Assembly: GCA_964527065.1 (NCBI GenBank)
Contig: CAZGNX010000002.1
Span: 1-40,121 of the forward strand
Direction: 5' to 3'
From: an uncultured Pseudomonadales bacterium
GTDB taxonomy: Bacteria; Patescibacteriota; Microgenomatia; UBA1400; UBA12108
Length of the DNA: 40,121 nucleotides
Shown here: positions 1-6,916 of the stretch, piece by piece
Layout of the letters: every line of letters starts with the position of its first letter
How positions within the stretch are numbered: position 1 is the stretch's first letter
Made by a program: the position numbers and the translations under genes
Notes under the pieces: generated by a model
What the model saw: the letters and a program-made list of their open reading frames with translations, nothing else
Database searches by the model: none
What the model was told of the DNA's origin: nothing

Positions 1-1
1 G

Positions 2-307
2 GAAGCAAGAATGACAATAGCCAAGATTAACTCGGTGGAACCCGACTATTTTCTGGTTGCCTACGGCTCGCCACAGCAAGATATGTGGAACGAGGAGAAT
101 CGGCCGTACCTGCGGGTGCGTGTTGCGATAGGGATCGGCGGGGTGCTCGATGAATGGGCAGGGGTGGTTAGACGTTGTCCAGCCTGGATAGACCAGATTG
201 GGCTCAAGTGGGCGTGGCGTGGAGTGACACAACCCTGGCGACTCAAGCGAATTCTACGGGTGTTCCACTTTGGTTTATTGGTTTTGTATCACAAGTTGAT
301 AGATTGA
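2..307 (+). CDS. WecB/TagA/CpsF-family glycosyltransferase, C-terminal fragment (5' end lies outside the window)
   Basis: The frame is open from the window edge. The translation ..GSPQQDMW..IGIGGVLDEWAG..RRCPAWIDQIGLKWAWR..QPWRLKR matches the remembered C-terminal core of the TagA/WecG family. Confidence 0.6.
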   Translation, partial: EARMTIAKINSVEPDYFLVAYGSPQQDMWNEENRPYLRVRVAIGIGGVLDEWAGVVRRCPAWIDQIGLKWAWRGVTQPWRLKRILRVFHFGLLVLYHKLID

Positions 308-308
308 T

Positions 309-1328
309 ATGTTTTGGAAAAATTTGCTCGCTCGGAGGGTACCGATTGTGGGGCTCTCACCCATGGACGGGGTCACGGACGCCGCCATGCGCTACATGAG
401 CGCCAAGTACGGCCGCCCCGACATAGTATTCACCGAGTTTGTGAGCGTGGACGCCCTCCATTATGCTAGCGGCGAGCGACGGGAACGGTTACTCAAGACA
501 TTTGTCAAGGCGCGGGATGTTGGGGAGCTTGACCACAAGCCCTACGAAATCGCCCAGGTGTTTGGCAACAAACCAGATTACTTTGGTGAGGCGGCGGAGC
601 TTATCGAGAGCCTCGGATTTGACGGGATCGATATCAATATGGGGTGTCCGGCACACAAGGTGGAAGAGCAGGGGAGCGGAGCGGGACTGATCCGCACCCC
701 CAAGGTGGCGCAAGCGATTGTCAGAGCCGTCCAAGCCGCGACCAGCCTGCCTGTGTCGGTGAAGACGAGGATTGGAGTAGATCACGAAGCGGTCGAGGAG
801 TGGATGGAACAGCTCATGGAGGTCAGTCCTGCCATGATTAGCTTGCACGGGCGGACGCTCCGACAGCTATATCAAGGTAGCGCCGACTGGGAGGCGATTG
901 GGAGGGCGGCTGTGGTTGTGCACAAGCACGGCGGGCATATCCTGGGTAACGGAGATGTGCTCTCGATCGAAGACGGTTTGGTCAAAGTGAAGCAATACGG
1001 AGTTGACGGATTCTTGATTGGTCGTGCCGCCGAGGGGAATCCGGGGGTGTTTATGGGAAACAACGAGCCCAGCGTGGAGCAACGACTTGCCTGGATACTC
1101 GAGCATGCACGGATTTTTGAAAAAGTATTTAAGATGGATTCCCACCCGTCTTCGCTCGATGAGCTAAGGACGGTCACTCGGCAAGAAAAATGGTTCTTGC
1201 CTGTGCGCAAACACTTGGCTTGGTATTGCAAAGGATTCCCGGGAGCGGCGGAGTTGCGAACTAAGCTCGTAATGAGTCACTCGAGGGAAGAAGTAAATGA
1301 GATTATGAACGGCCAGGATTCTCTTTGA
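309..1328 (+). CDS. dus: tRNA-dihydrouridine synthase
   Basis: 339-aa ORF. It shows Dus/TIM-barrel flavoenzyme hallmarks: LSPMDGVTD, GFDGIDINMGCPAHKV, ISLHGRT and DGFLIGRAA. Confidence 0.9.
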   Translation: MFWKNLLARRVPIVGLSPMDGVTDAAMRYMSAKYGRPDIVFTEFVSVDALHYASGERRERLLKTFVKARDVGELDHKPYEIAQVFGNKPDYFGEAAELIESLGFDGIDINMGCPAHKVEEQGSGAGLIRTPKVAQAIVRAVQAATSLPVSVKTRIGVDHEAVEEWMEQLMEVSPAMISLHGRTLRQLYQGSADWEAIGRAAVVVHKHGGHILGNGDVLSIEDGLVKVKQYGVDGFLIGRAAEGNPGVFMGNNEPSVEQRLAWILEHARIFEKVFKMDSHPSSLDELRTVTRQEKWFLPVRKHLAWYCKGFPGAAELRTKLVMSHSREEVNEIMNGQDSL

Positions 1329-2835
1329 CGCCAAATTTTTTCCACCTTTGCTGGACGTATTTCTCGAATTTATTTATTTGACTGGCCAAATTTAGTTCGG
1401 CTCGAGCTTGCTCTGGTCTGAGTACGTCAATCAGCCACCAAAAACTGTCTTTTGTAGTGTATTTGCTCACAACCCGGTAGCCCTTGTCCCCGTCAAATTG
1501 GTCGAGGCAAGAAATTGCTACCTCACCATTCTCGATTCTTGGTTGTAGAGCATTTAGCTTGTCGCTGTGGCGGAACTGTCTATGTGTGGTGAGTGAAATG
1601 AGCGTACCTCTATGTTGACTGCAGATGATGTCTATAGGTGGATGTCCACGCTTGTTGAGAGTTAGTGACTTGAGGATCTGATGGGTGAGCCTAATAATTT
1701 GGTCACCTAATCGATGGCTTGTCTTGTTGGTGTCCTTGAGGAAAATGGGTGCGCCGGTATACATCACTAATGATTCTTCTGGATTTTGCTCTAGCCAATC
1801 GTGGACGAACTCGTACAAGAAACGGCTTTTGAGTACTTCCATCTCTGGGAAGAGGCGTTCGTAGGTGGCAGCGACAGCGTATGCAAGCGTGCGCTTTTGC
1901 ATACCAGTCTCGCTGGTTTTTTGCCAAACTTCTTGTACTCTGGATCTCAATGAAGGAGGAATTTTGTTTTTCAGTGTGGCTTCGCGATCATCCCAGATTT
2001 CCTCATGTACGACCGATTCTCTGCTGATTGTCTCACATACCAGCTTGGAGAGGGTAGAAGAAGTCGCAGACTCTTCTTGCGGATGCTCGATGCCGTCTAT
2101 GATGTATGAGAGCAGTTCTCTCTCTCGCACGGGATGCCCGTCTTGGTTTATTTCAACGTTGATGGCGTTTAGGTGTTTGAGCTTGATGTCTAGACCTAGA
2201 TTGAGCGATTCTCCGCGCATGGTTGTCTGAGTTGCTGTCGTATTTTCGATAAATTGTGTGAGTGGTCGGGCAGGGCTTCCTTCTTGATAAAAATACTGAT
2301 GATTGGTCGCTTCGAGCGTTTGTTTGAGTACTTCATCTCTCCAGAGTGACTGATCATAGTTTTGGTAGTTTCGTGGGATCATGATGGCCACCAATTCGTC
2401 CCCTGAGTATCGGCCGATGATGATATCTGCCTCAACTTTTTCGGCTGCTTGCATCAGTGACTCTAGGTTTCCTAGAATATACCTGTCAGCTGCTGTACTG
2501 CCTGCGTGTTTATCAACTAGCTGTACGTGTCTGCCGTCAGCATAGACGACGATTGAGTGATCGAGGGCTGCCTCTAAGCTGTATGAGGCATCATTCTCGT
2601 GGCGCGACATAATAAGGGCCGCCTGCTCGTTGAATGATTCGGTGTTGAGGGTGTGGTAAGGTGCTTCACGATTCGTAGGATGGAAATCTGTCTCGATTGC
2701 CTCAGCTGCGAGCTCTCTAATTTCGCTAGGCAGATGGTTGAGTGTGGCGGCATGATGCTTGTCCAGGAGAGGTGTATGTACCAAGGGGTCGAACTCAATC
2801 AAGCGTGAGGATGTTTTTTCTACAATTGCAGACAT
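1303..2835 (-). CDS. Cytoplasmic protein with two GGDEF/nucleotidyl-cyclase-like domains
   Basis: 510-aa ORF. The N-terminal half reads DPLVHTPLL..VVYADGRHVQLVDKHAGSTAADRYIL..IIGRYSGDELVAIMIP, which follows the D-x-LT-x-L / DiDhFK-ND-GH-GD / RYGGDEF layout. The C-terminal half repeats the pattern (IFLKDTNKTSHRLGDQIIRL..SQHRGTLISL) with a degenerate signature. No TM segment or sensor domain is visible. TATACT lies 6 nt before the ATG. Confidence 0.6.
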   Translation of the reverse strand: MSAIVEKTSSRLIEFDPLVHTPLLDKHHAATLNHLPSEIRELAAEAIETDFHPTNREAPYHTLNTESFNEQAALIMSRHENDASYSLEAALDHSIVVYADGRHVQLVDKHAGSTAADRYILGNLESLMQAAEKVEADIIIGRYSGDELVAIMIPRNYQNYDQSLWRDEVLKQTLEATNHQYFYQEGSPARPLTQFIENTTATQTTMRGESLNLGLDIKLKHLNAINVEINQDGHPVRERELLSYIIDGIEHPQEESATSSTLSKLVCETISRESVVHEEIWDDREATLKNKIPPSLRSRVQEVWQKTSETGMQKRTLAYAVAATYERLFPEMEVLKSRFLYEFVHDWLEQNPEESLVMYTGAPIFLKDTNKTSHRLGDQIIRLTHQILKSLTLNKRGHPPIDIICSQHRGTLISLTTHRQFRHSDKLNALQPRIENGEVAISCLDQFDGDKGYRVVSKYTTKDSFWWLIDVLRPEQARAELNLASQINKFEKYVQQRWKKFGVKENPGRS

Positions 2836-2883
2836 TACTTTAGTATAGCGACAAAATCAAGAAAAGCGCGCGCTCTTTGTTGG

Positions 2884-3090
2884 TTAGTTTTGATCTGGGT
2901 TAATGCCAAGTAGCCAGAGGACTTGTTCTTTTTTGTAGCGACGGTCGCCGCGGGAGTTGATGCGGATCGCCGGGAGTTTGCCGCGTTTGCCCCAGCGCTT
3001 GAGAGTGAGAGGGGAGACACGTAAGAGATCGGCGACTTCGCGGACTGTGAGGAGGTCAGGGAGATTTTTCAAATCAACTTTGTCTGCCAT
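2884..3090 (-). CDS. Excisionase/MerR-type helix-turn-helix DNA-binding protein
   Basis: 68-aa ORF. LLTVREVADLLRVSPLTLKRWGKRGKLPAIRI..RRY is the typical excisionase-family HTH pattern. Confidence 0.8.
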   Translation of the reverse strand: MADKVDLKNLPDLLTVREVADLLRVSPLTLKRWGKRGKLPAIRINSRGDRRYKKEQVLWLLGINPDQN

Positions 3091-3620
3091 ACTTCGACTT
3101 CGCTCAGTACTAGTAGTAAGTAGATATTAGTACTTGTTGGGGTGTGTGTCAATAGGATACTATTTGATGATGTATGTGATGTGTATCGATCGTAGGTGAT
3201 GTTCTAATGAACATACATAGCTAGATTGATATAGATATATTGTGCGACAACGTAGAACATGGCAAGCGTATTTAGAGATTCAGGTGCGGCTACGCAAGAG
3301 GTTATTTGGACACTACCTGTAGGGGGTAGGGAGAGTGGGGATAAGGGGAAAAGATTTGAGGGACGTGCTGTCACGCCCCGCTTGGCGAGATATTTTCTGA
3401 AGACACCCCGTCTGCTCGCTCAGGTTCGGCGTACCATCACGCGAAAAAACGGTCATATTTTGCTGGTGCAAAATTGACCTCTTACTCGGCTGCACGCCTG
3501 CGTAATGTTTTTCAGCTGTGAGATACGCCTCCACCGATCACTCGCACAACTTAAGACAGCTTGGAAGTGTTAGATTCCTGGAGACGAGGAATTTGGGGAC
3601 TCAGAGCAAAATGCCTTAAA

Positions 3621-3650
3621 CCAAAAAGCCCCACCAGATGGCGGGGCTTT
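3621..3650 (-). terminator. Rho-independent terminator after rplL
   Basis: The minus strand reads GCCCCGCC-ATCT-GGTGGGGC followed by TTTTT. It starts about 24 nt after the rplL stop. The G-U pair forms only in the minus-strand RNA. Confidence 0.7.
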
Positions 3651-3673
3651 AGGATCGATTCTAGGACAGTATT

Positions 3674-4057
3674 TTACTTAAGTTCGACTGTTGCTCCGGC
3701 TTCTTCAAGTTTCTTTTTCGCGGATTCAGCGTCTTCTTTTTTGGCTCCCTCAAGGAGAGTCTTGGGGGCGGCTTCGACTAGATCCTTGGCTTCTTTAAGG
3801 CCGAGGTTCTGGTTGATTTCGCGTACGGCCTTGATGACGCCGATTTTGTTGGCACCACCTGAGGTCAAGACAACATCGTAGGCATCTTGTTCCTCGGCGG
3901 GTGCGGCAGCAGCACCAGCTGCAGCAGGGGCGGCAGCCATCATGGGTGCAGCGGCACTCACGCCAAATTTTTCCTCAAGAGCTTTGACTAGGTCAGCGAC
4001 CTCGAGAACGGATAATTTTTCTACTTGCTCTACTAGAGCTTTGACGGTATCGGACAT
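3674..4057 (-). CDS. rplL: 50S ribosomal protein L7/L12
   Basis: The sequence [59 protein letters not shown] is L7/L12. GGAGG lies upstream of the ATG at 4057, so the 21-nt N-terminal extension in the ORF track is rejected. Confidence 0.95.
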   Translation of the reverse strand: MSDTVKALVEQVEKLSVLEVADLVKALEEKFGVSAAAPMMAAAPAAAGAAAAPAEEQDAYDVVLTSGGANKIGVIKAVREINQNLGLKEAKDLVEAAPKTLLEGAKKEDAESAKKKLEEAGATVELK

Positions 4058-4088
4058 GTGTCCTCCTTTTTTGATCAATTATAACTAA

Positions 4089-4643
4089 TTAAGCTTGTGT
4101 AACCTGCTTTCCTGCCTGCGCAGGTAGGTTACTAACTGCCGAGAGGGCGTAGACGAGGTTGCGCATGGGGGCACTCAAGACGGAGACCAGGTTGCGCGCG
4201 GGATTGGAGAGTGTGCCCAAGAGTTTGGCGATGAGCTCTGCCTTGGTAGGAAGGGTAGCAAGTTGCATAACTAAAGCCCTCGATAATACTTCTTTGCCGA
4301 GTATACCCGCCTTTACCTTGGGTAATTCTTTTTCATTTCCCTTCGCAAACTCGACCATCGCTTTAAGCGGGGCGACGGCATCACCATCCGCAAACAAAGT
4401 GAGGTTGGGGCCTGTGAGCTCTGATTCTAATGAGTCGGCGTCAAACCCTTTGTTGGTCATCGCGATTTTGAGCAAATTGTTTTTAGCGACCGTGACACTA
4501 CCACCGGTCTCGCGGATGAGATCGCGCAGTTTGACCTGGTCTTTGACGGTGAGTCCCTGGTAGTCTGCCAGGAAGATAGCCTGGGCGGTCGCGAGCTTGG
4601 TCTCGAGCTCAGCTACTCCGGTGATGTTTTTTTGATTTGGCAT
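4089..4643 (-). CDS. rplJ: 50S ribosomal protein L10
   Basis: L10-like sequence (ADYQGLTVKDQVKLRDLIRE..VAKNNL) located directly upstream of rplL. AGGAG precedes the ATG at 4643. Confidence 0.93.
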   Translation of the reverse strand: MPNQKNITGVAELETKLATAQAIFLADYQGLTVKDQVKLRDLIRETGGSVTVAKNNLLKIAMTNKGFDADSLESELTGPNLTLFADGDAVAPLKAMVEFAKGNEKELPKVKAGILGKEVLSRALVMQLATLPTKAELIAKLLGTLSNPARNLVSVLSAPMRNLVYALSAVSNLPAQAGKQVTQA

Positions 4644-4764
4644 AGGATGCTCCTGATACAAAAATAGCTGTCCGCGAGACAGCTAAGTGCTACAGCTTGT
4701 AGCAAATTGCCTTCGACAGGGCTTATTGATTGCCTGTTGTCTAGAGGATAATGGTAGTATAGCA
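4644..4764 (-). promoter_or_regulatory. rplJL promoter (TGCTATACT at 4756-4764) plus an L10-leader-like 5' UTR with a terminator-type hairpin
   Basis: The minus strand reads AGCTGTC-TCGCG-GACAGCT (4666-4684) followed by ATTTTT, immediately before the rplJ Shine-Dalgarno. Further small hairpins lie upstream. The position matches known L10 autoregulatory leaders. Confidence 0.45.
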
Positions 4765-4776
4765 GAGATATGGTCT

Positions 4777-5007
4777 TTAGGCAACAACGCTCATGGAAGT
4801 TGGCGATTTGATCTTGAGTTTACCCTCGATCTTTTTGACGCGTTGCTCGAGTTTGGTGACCTTGGTTTTGGTGAGGGTGTGCTCCTGATCTGAACGAGTG
4901 ACAATCTTGAGAACCTTATCTATTTTATTTTCGACACGGTCGATGCGCTTATCTACGATTCTTTCTACAATTTCTTCGAGAATAACTTTGTCATGATCGG
5001 AAAGCAT
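4777..5007 (-). CDS. Small (76 aa) coiled-coil protein, paralog of 6917-7156
   Basis: MLSDHDKVILEEIVERIVDKRIDRVENKIDKVLKIVTRSDQEHTLTKTKVTKLEQRVKKIEGKLKIKSPTSMSVVA. It shares the pattern KIxxVxKILKxxTRxDQEHTxTxxKVxKxxxRxxKxExKLKIKSP with the second copy. Both copies also share the upstream TGCTTAAAT-N6-ATG. Confidence 0.7.
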   Translation of the reverse strand: MLSDHDKVILEEIVERIVDKRIDRVENKIDKVLKIVTRSDQEHTLTKTKVTKLEQRVKKIEGKLKIKSPTSMSVVA

Positions 5008-5058
5008 GATTGTATTTAAGCAACAAATTAAATATGTTGCAAGCGAGATACGTAGTGA

Positions 5059-5119
5059 CCCAGTGGGGTCAATTGTACCCCACCTGGGCAATGCCACCAT
5101 CTGGTGGATGGTGGCATTG
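5059..5119 (-). terminator. Two consecutive strong hairpins downstream of the lipoprotein gene
   Basis: The first is CCCAGTGGGGT/ACCCCACCTGGG (5059-5088, one bulge). The second is a perfect 13-bp stem CAATGCCACCATC-TGGTG-GATGGTGGCATTG (5089-5119). There is no clear U tract. Confidence 0.5.
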
Positions 5120-5137
5120 TGGCCCGTGGTGCGCGTG

Positions 5138-5689
5138 TTACTCGCGGCACTTTTTGAGTTCGCCAAAGTCTGAGGCAGGAGGAAGGCAGAGCTTGCCTTC
5201 ATTCCATAGCGTTACAACTTCGGCGAGGTTGACCACTTCCGTGGGGTTTCCAGGGAGGTAGTTGCCCAAAATTGACAAACCGCAGCCGTCAAATTTTATT
5301 CCCACCGCATCGGGGGGGATTTCGGTGTGCTGTATATCACCGTCGCAGGTGTCGAACCAGAAGATGATCTGGGTATCGACTGGAATAAGATATCCATCCT
5401 CCGACTTTTGGACCTCCATCCCGAAAATAGTTCCATCGGCAGTAACCATCAACAATGACACTTCTGGAGACGCGATGTTGTTGAGGTCGAGGTCGACCGT
5501 GATCTCATACGGTTCAGAAGTTGAGGTAGGGGGGAGGAAGTTGATCTCCGATGTCACGACGATTGGGACTGGGGTGTCAGTTGGTGGGGGTGTGAAAGTG
5601 GGCACAGGTGCCGACGCGGGCGCGCAGGCGGCGAGGAGCAACGCTCCAGCCAAAATCAAAAACGCAATCTTTTTCATCTTTTTCTCCAT
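5138..5689 (-). CDS. Lipoprotein of unknown function, inserted between rplA and rplJ
   Basis: It has a signal peptide with a lipobox (MKKIAFLILAGALLLAAC) followed by a Pro/Thr-rich linker. The alternative start at 5677 (MKKIAF) is preceded by GGAGA. Confidence 0.8.
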   Translation of the reverse strand: MEKKMKKIAFLILAGALLLAACAPASAPVPTFTPPPTDTPVPIVVTSEINFLPPTSTSEPYEITVDLDLNNIASPEVSLLMVTADGTIFGMEVQKSEDGYLIPVDTQIIFWFDTCDGDIQHTEIPPDAVGIKFDGCGLSILGNYLPGNPTEVVNLAEVVTLWNEGKLCLPPASDFGELKKCRE

Positions 5690-5875
5690 TCTGAATTCTG
5701 CCTCACAGCAGTACGGAGTCGTTTCGTAGACTCTACTCCAACCATACAGATGATCAGGGTAGAGCCTACGGCGACTCGTTCAGAAATGGCACGTATCTCG
5801 CTTGTTAAAGGGCTCGATATGCAGGCGAAAGCAATAGTTGCGTGCAACTAGCCACACTTTACATATCAAGTGTGT

Positions 5876-5903
5876 ATTATAGCACAGCAATGCAAGTTAT
5901 AGG
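5876..5903 (-). promoter_or_regulatory. Promoter-like module CCTATAACTTGCAT-N8-TATAAT, copy 1
   Basis: The minus strand reads CCTATAACTTGCATTGCTGTGCTATAAT directly after the rplA stop. The same 14-mer, spacing and TATAAT recur at 23842-23869. Confidence 0.5.
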
Positions 5904-5904
5904 A

Positions 5905-6840
5905 CTAGGAAAGCTGGAGTTTGACCCCGGGGCTCATGGTGCTGGCGAGCGTGGCTTTGGTGATGTTTTTGAGTTTGACCGCATCAAGCAGAGCTTGGAT
6001 ATTGGCGATAATCTCTTCTTCTTTTTGATCCACCTTACCCACGGTGACGTGCATGAGGGGGAACTTGGCTTCCGCTTTCACGACCGTCTTACCCCCCGCA
6101 AATTCCTTGGCTTTTTTCTCGGGATCTGGCGTCACTGTACCGTTCTTGGGTGAGGGCATGAGACCTTTGGGACCCAGGACGGGGGCAAACTTGGCGAGCT
6201 TGGGCATGAAGGCGGGGGTGGTCAAGAGGATATCAAACTCCAGCTTGCCCTTGGCGATATCTTTGAGTAGCTCATCGCTCACAATGGCGATCCGCTTGGC
6301 GGGGCCGGCCAGGTGGGGGAAGGTCAGCTCGACACGGGTTGGGGCATCTTTGGCGACCAAATTGAGGTGGAGGGTGAGGGTTGCCACAAACTTGGTGACG
6401 TTGGTGGCTTTGACGAGCTTGACTGCCTCAGCCACACTGTATTTCTTTTGCGAGTCGACCTTGCTCTTGGCAGCCACTATAGCTTTGCCGTTTTTGAACT
6501 GGTGGCGTTTGTTGGCGGGCTTTGGGCCGACTTTTTCTTCAGCTGGTGCAGCAGCCTCGGTAGGAGTTGATTCTGACATGGGCGCGGACCCTTCGGCTTC
6601 GCTCAGGGTTACGGAGGGAGTGTACTTGCTCCTAATCTCCTCGAGTCCATTGTCGTTGATACCTTCAATAGCAGTAATGTCGCCATCGGTCATGTTGAGC
6701 AATTGCTCTGGTTTGACGCGGGCATCGCGCAGGGCGGTCGCCACTGCAGGAGAGAGGTCTGTATAGAGCTCTTCCCAGATCGTCATGGATTTTTGTTTTT
6801 TGGGAGCGACTTTGCCGGTTGTGTCTTTGCGTTTGCCCAT
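5905..6840 (-). CDS. rplA: 50S ribosomal protein L1 with an N-terminal extension of about 110-130 aa (HhH-like motif plus an acidic/Ala-Pro linker)
   Basis: The C-terminal ~200 aa are L1 (KKYSVAEAVKLVK..FDILLTTPAFMPKLAKFAPVLGPKGLMPSPKNGTVT..VTVGKV). AAGGAG lies 8 nt before the ATG at 6840. The N-terminal part contains LSPAVATALRDARVKPEQLLNMTDGDITAIEGINDNGLEEIRSKY. Confidence 0.9.
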   Translation of the reverse strand: MGKRKDTTGKVAPKKQKSMTIWEELYTDLSPAVATALRDARVKPEQLLNMTDGDITAIEGINDNGLEEIRSKYTPSVTLSEAEGSAPMSESTPTEAAAPAEEKVGPKPANKRHQFKNGKAIVAAKSKVDSQKKYSVAEAVKLVKATNVTKFVATLTLHLNLVAKDAPTRVELTFPHLAGPAKRIAIVSDELLKDIAKGKLEFDILLTTPAFMPKLAKFAPVLGPKGLMPSPKNGTVTPDPEKKAKEFAGGKTVVKAEAKFPLMHVTVGKVDQKEEEIIANIQALLDAVKLKNITKATLASTMSPGVKLQLS

Positions 6841-6916
6841 ATTGTGATTCTCCTTAATCCCACGCCTCAGCGGGGTCAAGTCTTAATGAATGGCGTCATT
6901 GTACCACAGGAGGAGA

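Noticed and set aside
3259-3534. 72-aa plus-strand and 73-aa minus-strand ORFs in the rplL-downstream gap. The same region was also considered as a possible tmRNA, RNase P, SRP or 6S RNA.
   Set aside because: The two ORFs overlap each other antisense and have no -10/N6-8 or Shine-Dalgarno signal. I could not find GGAAAGTCC-type RNase P motifs, a tmRNA T-arm with an ..CCACCA tail, or the SRP GGAAGCAGC motif. The region is left unassigned and reported only as a finding.
5876-5895. Reading TTGCAT-N8-TATAAT as a -35/-10 pair. The same geometry occurs at 23842-23861, and as TTGACA-N8-TACAAT at 18540-18559.
   Set aside because: An 8-nt spacer is incompatible with sigma-70 geometry. Promoters in this window with proper N16-N18 spacing exist (13452, 13581, 17496, 34022). 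The TTGCAT is therefore treated as part of an upstream motif, and the promoters are treated as extended -10 type.
6044-6766. 240-aa plus-strand ORF
   Set aside because: It lies entirely antisense to rplA, whose product is clearly L1. Its composition is low-complexity Ser/Ala/Leu-rich, as is typical of shadow ORFs.
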